DNA from: Paraphysomonas bandaiensis
Lineage: Eukaryota; Protista; Chrysophyceae
DNA: 64,000 bases
Assembly: GCA_965644295.1 (NCBI GenBank)
Contig: CBFFRP010000167.1
Location: 1-64,000, forward strand
Direction of reading: 5' to 3'
A program made the translations under genes and the position numbers. The notes under the pieces are model-generated. The model saw nothing but the letters and a program-made list of their open reading frames with translations. It was not told the DNA's origin and searched no databases. Shown piece by piece: positions 38,919 through 51,100 of the stretch. Each line of letters opens with the position of its first letter. The stretch's first letter is position 1.

Positions 38919-39554
38919 GTTAAAAGAGATCGAATAGAAGGATCCGTGAAAGATATACAGGAGAGTATGAATATAACGATAGAAAGAGGTAGGGCTCGAA
39001 TTGGTCAAGGAAAAGTATACCGTTAATTAATATGACCACATCTCATAGTAGCTCGTGATTATATACTCCTGCTGTGCGTGTACATATGATGCATCTTGAA
39101 AGTTCGTGTTTTTTATGATACTTTTCCTAAAAAATTGAGTATTTATATAGTGACATGGATAGTATACTGCATACGTAGGAATTCCTTCTCTCTATACATA
39201 AATATATCCATATATATAGAGCATACCCTGAGCCAATCATCACTTAGTTTAGTACTATTATTGGATTATTGGTGGAATGTAGGAAATACAATGCGGTATA
39301 ATGGAATACCTTGTGTTCCCACGACAGGACACACAGGCCACACGTTCACTCTCTCTCCTCCACAATTAACATACAGTACCTCCCATCTCTATACTCTATA
39401 TTGCGGTACGAACAAATAGCAGAAAGAAATAAGAGCCAGCGATACGAGCTTGCTAAATATTTCTTTTGGTTACGAACACTTTGGATAATCTACATTATCT
39501 CCTAATAATATTTCTAATTTGAGTCTTTGAAATCAGCCCTCTGTAAATATAAAC

Positions 39555-40448
39555 ATGTCTCGTGGTGTGGATAGAGAACCATGCCCCTATCGGATCGTTG
39601 ATGACGCTGGCAACGCATTTCTTTTTGGTAACTAATCGTTTATTATGTGAATATGACTGTGATAACAGTGCTGTCTACAGGGTTTGTGGGTGGTAGTATA
39701 TGGCATTTTTGTGGTGGTTTGAGGAATGCTCCAGCGAATAAGAAACTCGAATTAGCGTGGTCACGAGTATCAACCAGAGCACCTATATTAGGAGGTGATT
39801 TATAATTAAATTTTGTTATAAATTTACTAAAAGTTATACAGGAAGTTTTGCTGTGTGGGGCACTCTTTTCTCGGCGTGTGACTGCACCCTTACACATTTC
39901 AGAAAAAAGGTAAAAGTTCTATGTTTGCTAAGGCATTTTTTTAACTTGTTATACTAGGAGGACCCATGGAACGCAATATTCGCCGGTGCTTTAACAGGTG
40001 GTATTCTAGCTTCCAGAGCTGGACCAAAGGCCGCTGGAAAAAATGCTGTTATTGGAGGCGTGATCTTAGCTTTAATCGAAGGAGTGAGTATAGGGGTGCA
40101 GCGTGTGCTGCTTCCTATGTATGAGAAGCAGGCAATCGAACAAGGAATGACTATAGGTCAGAGATACTGTAAATATTATGCTTATGTGTGGTCACCTTCG
40201 GTTTATTATCAGATATGCTAGACCCCCCGGTAGACCCAATGATGCAGCACGCCCCTCTCTCTAACACTCGTGACTTCCACACTCCTATTTTCAGTGGTGG
40301 CGCAACTTCAACAGGTGGAGGCTTCGACTTGAACTCAGTTTCCAATTTTGACTCACGCGGGGACGACTGGGGTAGGACCACAGCTGCTGAAGAGAGTTCC
40401 AGGGTGTCTGATGAATCGAAGGGGAAGTCGTCATGGTGGCCTTTCTAA
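39555..40448 (+). CDS. TIM17: Mitochondrial inner-membrane translocase subunit TIM17 with a C-terminal extension (multi-exon)
   Basis: [79 protein letters not shown]. Confidence 0.93.
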
Positions 40449-41180
40449 GTTCACATACGTATCTCCAACGTGTGTACTGTCTTCAATTGGATATAACACC
40501 CCTCGCATAGTCTTGAATATCTATATCATCATGTTGCATTATTTTGTATGAGCACGCTTACTTAGATGAAGTATTAGCAGTCAGATAGATTATTTTCTTT
40601 GTGCTGGCGTAATGATAATTTCGTACTTCGGATGCAAGGCTTTTAAAACGGGGTTTTAGTTGTTGTATTTGAGTTTCGTGCTTACCCAAACACTAAACCA
40701 GTGCTCAAATAGGTGAAGTAATTACTTCAATTGTCTTGGTATGTATCTTTCTTCAACTCCTGCCCCACATTCCTCAAGCTGGTTCTTCCAAGTGCACTAT
40801 CTATATCTCATCATACTACAAAGCTCAACAGATAATGTAGTTGCAAAACTTTTGATTTCACAAAGTATTCACAAAACTTTTAAAGTATTCATTTCGAATA
40901 CATGTAACTAAACTTATTATCTCAGTGTTCCGTAAGAATTGCATCTTACTACATGTCAAGTTATGACACAATTGGATGATTTACTAAGATAACTGGACGT
41001 GTATTCACTCATTAATCAAGTTAAGATGAGAGAAGATTATAATAAATATAATAAACTATATATCACGTTATCTCTACTACCACTCATTTCTAGTACGATC
41101 TTACATCGTCATGATATCACTTCTCATAATACAGTTAACCACTACTGTATTTTCCAGTAACCGTCATAATTCCAATATCT

Positions 41181-41355
41181 TAGAATTACAGCTTTTAATT
41201 GATCAAACAGCAAAACTCAACACTCCCTCTCAATTCAAAGCTGTACATTGATTTGTCAAATCATCAGTTGTACATTGAATCTTCACAACATCACGAGACA
41301 TCACTGATGGGTAGAATTACAGCTTTTAATTGCTCCAACGGCAAAACTCAACACT
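41181..41355. repeat. Direct repeat, 44 bp, 131 bp apart
   Basis: TAGAATTACAGCTTTTAATTG.TC.AAC.GCAAAACTCAACACT at 41181-41224 and 41312-41355. Confidence 0.8.
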
Positions 41356-41886
41356 ACACTGAATACTTAATATCTTAACATGCTGTTACTGAAAGCTACT
41401 AATCGTGGTAACGGATGCATGTGGTAAAGACGACATCACCGATGATGGCTCAGAGAATGAGTAGAAGAAAAGTTGTGACTAGCTAAGTAGTAGGTAGTCT
41501 TTGTGAGGCAGTACAGTGTTGTGAGTTTGGTTTTCATGTGATCTTAATGACTTGTACTAATAATGGAATTTACGCTAGTGTTTCCTTACTGATTAATGAT
41601 ACTAATATACTACTATAGTATTGTTGGGCTGGTTTCAAATCTCCATTCATACTATTAATGGGACGCTATCTAACGACAGTATAGCAATATATTGTTCCTT
41701 AGCTCGGCAAGAATCCTACCGAGCAGTTGAGACGAATGAATAAAGGCCTTTTCCGTTTCAGTTAATATACTATTATAATCATTAATTGCTGCGCAATTGC
41801 GATTTTAATATTATTATATTTACTCGGAAAACATACAAAATGAATTCTACTGTACATACTCAACCAAAATAAATAAAGTTCTATGG

Positions 41887-42312
41887 CTAGACGGCGGAAA
41901 AATATTTCCTCCAGGATGACAATATAGATAGCATATACTCTTTCTTTCTTTTGTCTTTCATTACATCAAAAAAAGCTTCCGGGGCAGTTGTTAACACAAG
42001 CACGGTGCTAAACACATTTACAGCATCAATATCGTTATACTGCTCGCACATCTTGAACAGAGCTTCCTTCGAGACCCCCTCATGCCGACAATGCTCCTCA
42101 ATAGTAGTATCAATCATATCTATAAAATCAAGATAGCTTTGATAATGCGAATGCATGTATTCTTCATTATCCTCTGTAGTGTTGTTAAAAGTGGCTTCCC
42201 TGTCATCAAAGAAACGATTCCATTCCTGTATGTGATCATCAGAGAAACAGGCTGAGATAACTGATTTTAGAGTGCGGAGATCAACTGCCTCCTCGTCATC
42301 GAACCTGCTCAT
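41887..42312 (-). CDS. BART (ARL2-binding) domain protein
   Basis: 141-aa intronless ORF. WNRFFDDREATF...EEYMHSHYQSYLDFIDMIDTTIEEHCRHEGVSKEALF...FFDVM fits the BART/CFAP36 helical pattern. Confidence 0.75.
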   Translation of the reverse strand: MSRFDDEEAVDLRTLKSVISACFSDDHIQEWNRFFDDREATFNNTTEDNEEYMHSHYQSYLDFIDMIDTTIEEHCRHEGVSKEALFKMCEQYNDIDAVNVFSTVLVLTTAPEAFFDVMKDKRKKEYMLSILSSWRKYFSAV

Positions 42313-43345
42313 GATACAGGTAAGTGAATGGAAACTAGAAGTAGTGACGGTTGTAGAGGCCCGCTGTGGTTAGGAGTTAGCTATGTATTAACGAGCCCAC
42401 AATCATATCAATGCGGTATATACAGTGTATATGGTATACTACACCTCGTGTGCTACTTATTGCTCATACACATCTCGCCGTATACAACCACATACAGTCC
42501 TCTCTGTACAGACAGACAGGTGCGTGTACACAGTAGAGTGTAGTTCCTACAGATATCTCGTACGTAGGGCATATCTAGATATCCATTCCATATCCAGAGA
42601 TATCACCAGGGACCCAACCCATATCCATTCAAACTCTTCTCCCGCTCATAATGACCTCTGGACTGGATGGAGAGGAGCAATATATATATGTATCTTAAGG
42701 AAAGTCTCATCCCATTGCCATTGCCATGGCCTCTGAGTGGGATTGGTTGTGAGTTCTGAATACCCATCAAGTGCTAGGCCCGGTGGGGTGACCTGATACC
42801 CGATATCTTCATAGTAAACATCAAAGGCTTTACCACATATGAATTTACTTGACTGCAACGCATGTATAGTTTATGATTCGGGTTAGGGAAAATTCACATC
42901 TATCAATCACACAGATTGTTAATGGCTCTACTTTCGTTAACTACCTACATATCTACTTTTAAACATGCAATAATTTAGAGTCATTTATGAACCCAATGGA
43001 TGCTGTAATGACCAAGTTTTACAAGATGATACTGTCGCTTGAACAGCAGCAAGTGAAAGCCAGACACTAAGTGCTATGTACACAAAAGTACAAAGTTTAA
43101 ATCGACGAGTTAGAGTAGAAAAACTGGTGTAGATTGTACTACTGATGATAACCCTCTATCAGGTATTCTCTTGGTGATAAAATTGTTACTGTCACTAGGA
43201 TGTGTGGTATTGTTCATGCCGTCGATGATGATGGTACCTATCATCTTGTTTACAAAAGCAAGAAGCAATGTGGCGTCACCAGGAAGGATAAGTCAGTGCA
43301 CCCCAAGTACTTATCGCTTGCATCTGGTATAATTTTTGTGTATGC

Positions 43346-43785
43346 TTGATTGTGTGATGTACCTAATATCTAATATCTAATATTGAGTGTAGCCCGCCAG
43401 GAGAAGCGTCATATCCTCTCCAGTAAGAGTGACAGTATTCCGAGGTGGAGTTATATTGAGGAACTCACTAAGGAGTGGGTAGGCACTGATGCAGTTGATT
43501 CTGCATATATTATTACTGGTACCTGGTACACGTGCCAGAAACTCAGTTGATTATAGCTTGTCAGTATTTTTAATTAGTTCATAGAACTTTGTAGTATTAT
43601 ACATAGCACTACATGGTAGTAAGCATATTATATATATATTATATATATAATAATGTAACCGTTAAATTCTCACGTTTTTGATCTGTAACTAATATAAAAT
43701 TTATTACATGTTTTCTTTACATCCACTACATTATTTATTGCCACACGCATCTAAAACTCAACTTAAATCAACTTTTTCAAAACTT
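43346..43785. repeat. Second copy of the dispersed repeat at 25025-25410 (same orientation)
   Basis: Shares the blocks listed for 25025-25456 but lacks the terminus-like segment. Confidence 0.75.
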
Positions 43786-44035
43786 CGAAAACATAAGAAT
43801 GAAAAAAATACATGCTTTTGAGATTCCAGATGTTCTGTAGCCAGGCCAACTGTTTCATAGGGAGAGCTAGTAGACTGTAGACTTTCTACATCCACATGGT
43901 TGGTTTTCATACCGATGAGATTTCAGTGGTATACCACAATTGTTGTACACGTTTTTTACATATGTATGTATATTTTTATAGGGTTTTGGGATTATCGAAA
44001 ACTACCCACTGAAAATTGATTATACAGCACACAAT

Positions 44036-47000
44036 TCACGTACTATCAGTGTTACTATTAGAAGTTTGTTTGCGTGAACCTCCACCACCAATTATAACAG
44101 AACTTCCACTTGTCACACGCGGTCCTGTATGACCACCACCAAGAATAATAGACTCCGCCCGAGACGAACCTATAACACCACTGCTATCTCCGAGATTAAG
44201 CGCACTGCGGCTTTGAACACTTCTGAGCAATCCAGTAAGTTGTTCAACTGTCGATGTCAGGTCTTCCACTCGCCTGGCCAAACTATCGCGCTGTATATAT
44301 CCAGCAATCACATATTTTATCTACACGGTACAGCCTTACTAACCTCTTGTGAGACGGTTACATTCTGCTTTAGCAAAGATCTCATGACGCTTTCCTTGGT
44401 TTCTAAAACTATCCGCTGGGCCTCCTTCGTACTCTCCATTGCAGCCGTAAGTTGCGAGATCTGAACTTGCTGCTTTTCCAATTCTCGTGACATATCCCGC
44501 TCCTTCCTGCGGTCATACAGCATAACTACATATATTACAATGCCACACTGCAGATTTCATACTTAAAATTCGACACCCTCGACAGAGATCGCAACTCCGC
44601 ACCCGCAGCGCCAGCATGGAACAGCTTCGAAAAGAACCCGCCGCCCTGTCGATTATCTGCTTCCCCACTAGGAGGGTTTGACCACAGCTTTTGCTGTGTA
44701 GATGTGTTATATAACCTAAAACCTTCACATACAATCACATACCAAGGTCTGTTCCAGTCTATCTTCCACTTCGATTCTAGCATGCTGCTCTTGCGACAGC
44801 TTTAAAATGAGTCTTTGAATCTGATTGTCATATTCCTGGCGCAACCGGGCTGTCATATATATCAGTACGTTCTTTCACAAAAATGTGAAACTAAAACATA
44901 CCATACTTATCTGCATATTCAGCAGCAGCAGCTCGAGCGCTCTTAGTTTCTATGCACAGTAATTTCACCACAGCATATTACATTTCCATGTTCTGTTCCT
45001 TACCTTCTTCTCTTGCTGAAAGAGTACTCTCCAGTGCCTCTATCTCACCAACAAGCAATCCCTTAAGCTGGAGGCTTTCCTGCCGCAGCGCCTCAATATC
45101 TGCAGCACTGCTACCACCTTCACCAGCAACTACCCTGTCATCAATATTCGCGTCGTCGATATTCCTACACGCTCCACTAATGTCTACCATTCATATTAGC
45201 TACGTAGCATGTTAGAGGGAAAACGCAACCGTACCTGTATTGCATGTGTCTCCTTGGTCGCTGAATTGTATCATCAGAAGTCGATCACAATGAAGTCACA
45301 TGGCACTTACCTAGAATTTTCCAAGAGTAAAATCTTCCCTATATCCTCACCTTCCATATTAAGAGTGTCTCGGCCAGGCGAACCACCCACACTTCCACCT
45401 CCAGCCAACGACAGTCCCGAAACAGAGTCCACCGAGTGCTTTCGCACTTGCATGTGTGCCTGCAACAACTTTTCTTCGAGCTCCTCAACAGTCGATTTGA
45501 GGGCTTCATTTTCCGCCTGTAGACCTCTGTATCGAGTCCTCTCCGTCTGCAATTCTAGCCTCTCCATTTCGAGTGCCTCCTCTAGTTCAGATATCCGAAC
45601 TTGCTGTGCCGCCCCTTCTTCATCATCTTCCGAGTCGCTGTTCCCAACATCCTCATCCTGGTCAAGCAACTGCACAGAACCTCCCCCCTCAGACACGTCA
45701 TCGAGATCAATACCCAAACTTTCATTTTTCGGGACAATGGCCGAGGATACACTCTTGTTGCGCTCTACATCCTCGAGCTGATGCCGTAATGTAGCGATTT
45801 CCTTTTGCGCTACATGTAGCATCCGCTTCAGCTCGGGCACGCCCAGCTCTTCGTTCACCTTCGCGTTATTCTTGATACGCTTAGCCCGCTCTCCAAAACG
45901 CAGGGTCGAAACAGTCTCCGAGCAGTGCCGCTCCTCCGGTGCACAACACACTATTAACGTTGTCTTGCTGTTGCCCCCAAGACTATCTTGTAATATGCGT
46001 GATAGTTTCGAGTCTCGATAGGGTATGTGCGGCAGGCCATAACATAGTGCACTGATAACCATGCATAGAGTAGTTAAGGAGCGGTTTATGTTTTTCGCTT
46101 CTTCCAGACGTGTTCCCTTAGCACCAGTTTTAGAAACCTTCTCGGAGCCAGCAAGATCCACTAAATATATTTTTCCCTTGCGGTTACGGCCAGTTGTTTC
46201 GTTTTTCTGTGTCACAAGGATAGATAGTATAGAATGTGACCGAGAACTTTCAGCATTCATGAGAGTAGGAGCGGAAGCACGGTGTGCTTTCCCAGTCTCA
46301 ACGATGCGTATGATGCTTTCTTTGTCCACACAGAAAACCTCAGTCACGTCTTGTATTACGAACCCCTCCTGTTTCACCTCACGCATTTTCAAGTTGTCTT
46401 GGGTAGGATTCAGCAAATCCCTAATACGCTCACGATATACCTAATCCATGCAACGCATAATACACTTTACCAGACAACGCTAAGCAATGAGTTTACCTCA
46501 TAGTATGACACAGAGACAGTAAATGCGGTGTGCACGTCTGCGTCACATATAGCTGTAAACAACTTGTCGATTGTTCGAGGAATAACACCCTGCGCATCTG
46601 TATCCCTCAAGGACGGTCCCTCCATGGTGTGAGTTTTTCCTTTTTCACGTAAAACCAAACGAACACTAGATTTTCTTGCTACTCACCTGAACTGGTCTGG
46701 CCGTAGGCTAATATGGTCCCGTTGAACCCTTCCATAATAGAGTCGACAGTATTTACCACAGACTGAAACACCTCAGCTTGTGATGCTGTGACGCCAAAAA
46801 CCTACCAGTCACAGTTACACACGGGGTCACTGGTGCACATATCATTCTGCCCACTATTGCACACACGGTATACGGTATAAGCAACGCTGCACTCTAGTAG
46901 CACAGCAAGCAGTAGTAATACTTATACCCACGACGTTTTTACAGTTGTAGATAATGTCAATTATGATCATAAGCACAGCTATTATCATGATCAGTGTATA

Positions 47001-47520
47001 GGTCACATTGTTATGAAGGCAGAATTGCAGCTACATTTACAATCATATCATTGTCATACATCCACAACAGGTGATATTTAATAGTCACATTAACAGTCAA
47101 ACTACATTTAAAGCAACTATTCTTCTGCTATATTAAGTACAATAATGGTCACAACGTGTTCATAGCTGAAGTGACAATACAGACTATACAGTTATATATG
47201 TCGCAGCAACAAGCTTATTTAGTCATGGTCTTTACAGTTATACCGATGTATATATAGCATACATAAGAATACACATATATGTGACAAACCTTATCGAATG
47301 TAAAATACTTCTTCTCGAAGTCCACATCCACCGCAACTGTTCCGCGTGACTCGTCTATGTTGAATATTTGCACATCAGTAGATTGCCCGTACTCGGATAT
47401 CTCTACAGCTTTAGGGGGACGGAACCTGCACACCACTCTGATGGCATCCGCAGCAGGTGGATTAGATACACTGGACAATGATCTGTCCAAGTCAGGGCTA
47501 GGGGAAGCTGCATTATCCAT
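44036..47520 (-). CDS. Kinesin with N-terminal motor and coiled-coil tail (kinesin-1/KHC-like), multi-exon
   Basis: IRVVCRFRP, FTFDKVF, FNGTILAYGQTSSGKTHTM, VSYYEVYRERIRDLL, MNAESSRSHSI, LVDLAGSEKVSKTGA, HIPYRDSKL, SLGGNSKT, STLRFGERAK. Includes one ~490-nt intron (~46803-47290). Confidence 0.93.
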
Positions 47521-48133
47521 AGAGAAGACCCAATAGATTAAAAACTAATTGAAACTACTATATGATAAAAAGATAGAGTAGCCCACGATCTGAGCCACTT
47601 CTATAGTGCAATGAGCAAATAGATGACACGAGAGTATAGAGAGAATACAAGGATAGAGGCAGATATGAGAGCACTCAACTGCTTTGCAACTAGCTAACTG
47701 TGTGTTATATTTTGTAGGAGTCATACAGCTGTACCGCACATCCCTTGTACATATACGCAAACACTGCTGTACGGCAGTACATGTAGAGACGGTTGTAGGG
47801 TACACAAAAAATATTTCCACAGTATTGTGTACGTATACTCGATAGGATATACAATACGCACAGCAGAAGATGAGCTGTATTATATACGAAGTACACAACT
47901 TAGTACTACAGAGTACTTGTAGTGTGTACAAAAGTCCGTCATGTTGAAGGAAGTGCTGCACTTCACGGGACTTCAGGGAGTCCCTCTGACGATACTGTAT
48001 CTGTACACTGGATTCACTCATATGATATTAACCCCTCTAGCAATGGTCTTCTATATAAGAAATACCTGCTCACATATCTTATGTGAGAGTAATTGCAGTT
48101 ATCTGGAATTCATTGATTGGGTTCTCGCTTCGG

Positions 48134-51100
48134 ATGACAAGACAGAGCACATGGATTGTGTTGATTATACATGCTTTACTTATATTATCATATAACACAC
48201 CTCTCGTCTCGTGTACAGTAATAGATTTGATTACAGGGGAATCTCGTATCACCCCATGGTTAGAAATTGGCAAGGCGGTTATAGATGACTTGAGCTGGGC
48301 GACCATTGAAACTGAATTATCTGATTTCAATGAAGCTGTTATATTTATTAGTATACCCGAAATAGCGAACACTGATGGAAATCCGTTTGTTCCTAGAATT
48401 CAGACTTTATCATCTTCTGGGCATGCAAAATATAAAGCTAAACTGATTCAAGCAAATGATTCATATTGCAGCAGAGAGTGGTATGTACCCAAACCGCTTC
48501 TTTTTCCAAGTGATGTGTCGTGGATGGTTGCTGAATTGGGGGCGTTTCGAGTTGATGATAACGATTTCTTTGTGAGTACTGGTCATATTTCCCGACAGTA
48601 TGTAGATCCTGCGCCCAGTCTTGTTAGGTTGGATTACATTAAAGGTTGTACTACGAGCAACTCCTCATGTCGTTTCCGCACTGATAGCGTAGGGGTCGCT
48701 GTTCAGCTTCAGACAATGGTATATGAGCGTATATTGACAGTACGATTGGCAGCTGCCTATAAAACTTTTGCGAACGTGCTACTGCAACCTCACGACTCAG
48801 CAGATACAATGTACACTGTAATGCCTCAACCGGAAGTGTTAGCGATGATGACATACGACTTGGGAGGCCCTATTTACTGTGAGAGAGGCCTGAGACTCGA
48901 GATGTATCGATATTGGGTTGGTGTCAATGCCACGGCTATGTTTACGAGTCTTAGGTACTTAAATCATTTTTCTGTTTTGCCTGGTGTATACGGGACGATT
49001 GGTACTCTTGGTACTGCTGATTTCACCACTCTTTATGCCAGTTCCCAATCACGCCGGGGAGCCCAATTGAGTGCAAAAGAAGACCAATGCTTAGATGAGG
49101 AAACTATTCACACCAATGCCGAGGAGGTTTTTGTATTAGTATTAGGTGAGACCTACTACAACATATCCTTGGAAGTCGAGTGCGGCGTATTCTCCTCGGC
49201 GCCCCGCACTGATTGGCCGACTACTAATCCTACATATAATCCAACGATTTTACCTTCGAGACGTCCTACTTCTACACCGACTAAGTCTCTGACTTCCGCT
49301 CCAACTCATTCCCCAACTTTGCATCCCACTGTTGCCCCTACATGTGCACCAACTCCAGTGCCCTCTGAGCTGCCCACTTGTATACCCACCGCCATTCCAT
49401 CCTTGTGGCCAACTGCTGCACCGACTACATCACCGTCTGTGGAGCCCACATTGAAGCCATCCTTGACTCCATCGGTGACTCCTACGACCATCCCAACCCT
49501 TTATCCCACTTTTATATCACCTCTGCAGCCGAGTTATAGCCCTACTTCTTCATCATCTCATACTCCTACCATGAAGCAATCGTATTTGAACTCAACAAAG
49601 CTTTTCGATACCTTTGACAGCTCAATTTTGCTTGAAGATATGTCATTAGATGTATTGGACTTTAATATACACTTCTCCTACGCAGCCAACAGTCCGACGG
49701 ATCTGTCTGATATAAAACTGAGGTGGGAGAAATTTGTTTGGAACTATATTCGTTCTCCGTTTGAGTTGAAATACACCTCGCTCGTAATGCGTGCCATGTG
49801 GCTTGAACAAGGTGAATTGGGTGTGATGGAAGCCCATGCTATGTGTACCGATTATCGTGTTTCAGCTTCGATAATTAGTGCACTTTTGTCGACGGAAAAA
49901 AGTGCTAGCTCTGTAACTGAAACTTGTGGAGGAACAACATTCACCGTGTCTTCTGGAATAATTTGCAGTGGCTGTAATTCGTCGCAGCCTTACTGTCCAA
50001 GGATTGAAAGAGGTGAGGTTGTCCTCCCGTTGGCTGATGATTGTTTTCGCTCGCCCGATACAATGATAAGCAAGCACGCTGTTTTCTTTGGACTATCGTT
50101 CGCACAAGTCTCTGCTAGTACTGTTCCCGGTATTAGCAGCCTAAGTGTACAGGCCCAAAGAACAACTATGGTGGTTACAGCCACTATTGATCCTACTCCT
50201 ACTGGTGGAGCACTGTATTGCAAAGCCTTTTTACAGGGCTCCGCCATGCCGACCGTATCTCTGGTTAAATTTCAAGGTGGTGTCAGCCACTTTACGAAAT
50301 CTACAGACTTGTCATTAGTGAAAGTAAATCTATCGAATCTAATAGCGGCGTCAGTATATGATGTGTATTGCTTAACTGTGGATTCAATTGGAAACGCGAT
50401 GTCTGCTGTTGAAATGATGTCAACGATTCAGACTTCAAGTACACTATGCTGTCGTGAAATAGCTTTCGTGAGTTCGCCACAGACTGTACACACCACTATT
50501 TACAAAAGAAATGTGTTTACCTATCGGCTTCCTGCGCATCCGGTATCGGTGTTGACAGTGGTGCCCGTTGTTATGGACGTCAAAGGAGTTGTCATGTCAG
50601 ACGTGGCTGTTGTCCCTTCTTCTCATACTTTTTCAATTGGCAACAGGCACTTGGGGTTGACTCGCTCATTTGTTTTAAAACCCAGTGATATAGGCCAAGC
50701 ACGTAGTGTACACCTTCAAGTATACGGAGATGATTCAAATGTGTATAATCATTCTGTGGTATTAGATTTTACTACCGTTAACAGCACCTCAGTACTTCCT
50801 GCTCCTTATCTCCGGTCAGCTCGGTTTTCCAACAGTGGAGGCAATGTGGTGATATGTTTCAGTGGCCCAACTGACTTTGGTCTGGGAGAAATGGAGTATG
50901 ACAATCTGTCCCCTTGGGTATGTGGTGATCTACTGAGCTTTTCCGGGGACATGCACACATCCTGCACGTGGTTAAACTCTACGTGCTTGTCAATGGCATT
51001 TTGCAAGGACTCTCTGTGCTCAAATGTGACTGACCGCAGTACAATTGATCTGATTGAACCAGGGGACTTTGTACAAGTGCGCGGTGGGTTGATTCGAACT

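Noticed and set aside
42560-43300. Coding-like fragments (WQWDETFLK on the minus strand; GIVHAVDDDGTYHLVY on the plus strand)
   Set aside because: Short and interrupted by stops. Possibly pseudogene or TE debris, but not assignable.
48083-48133. GTG start given by the ORF track for the giant protein
   Set aside because: The eukaryotic ATG at 48134 directly precedes a signal peptide and is the likelier start.
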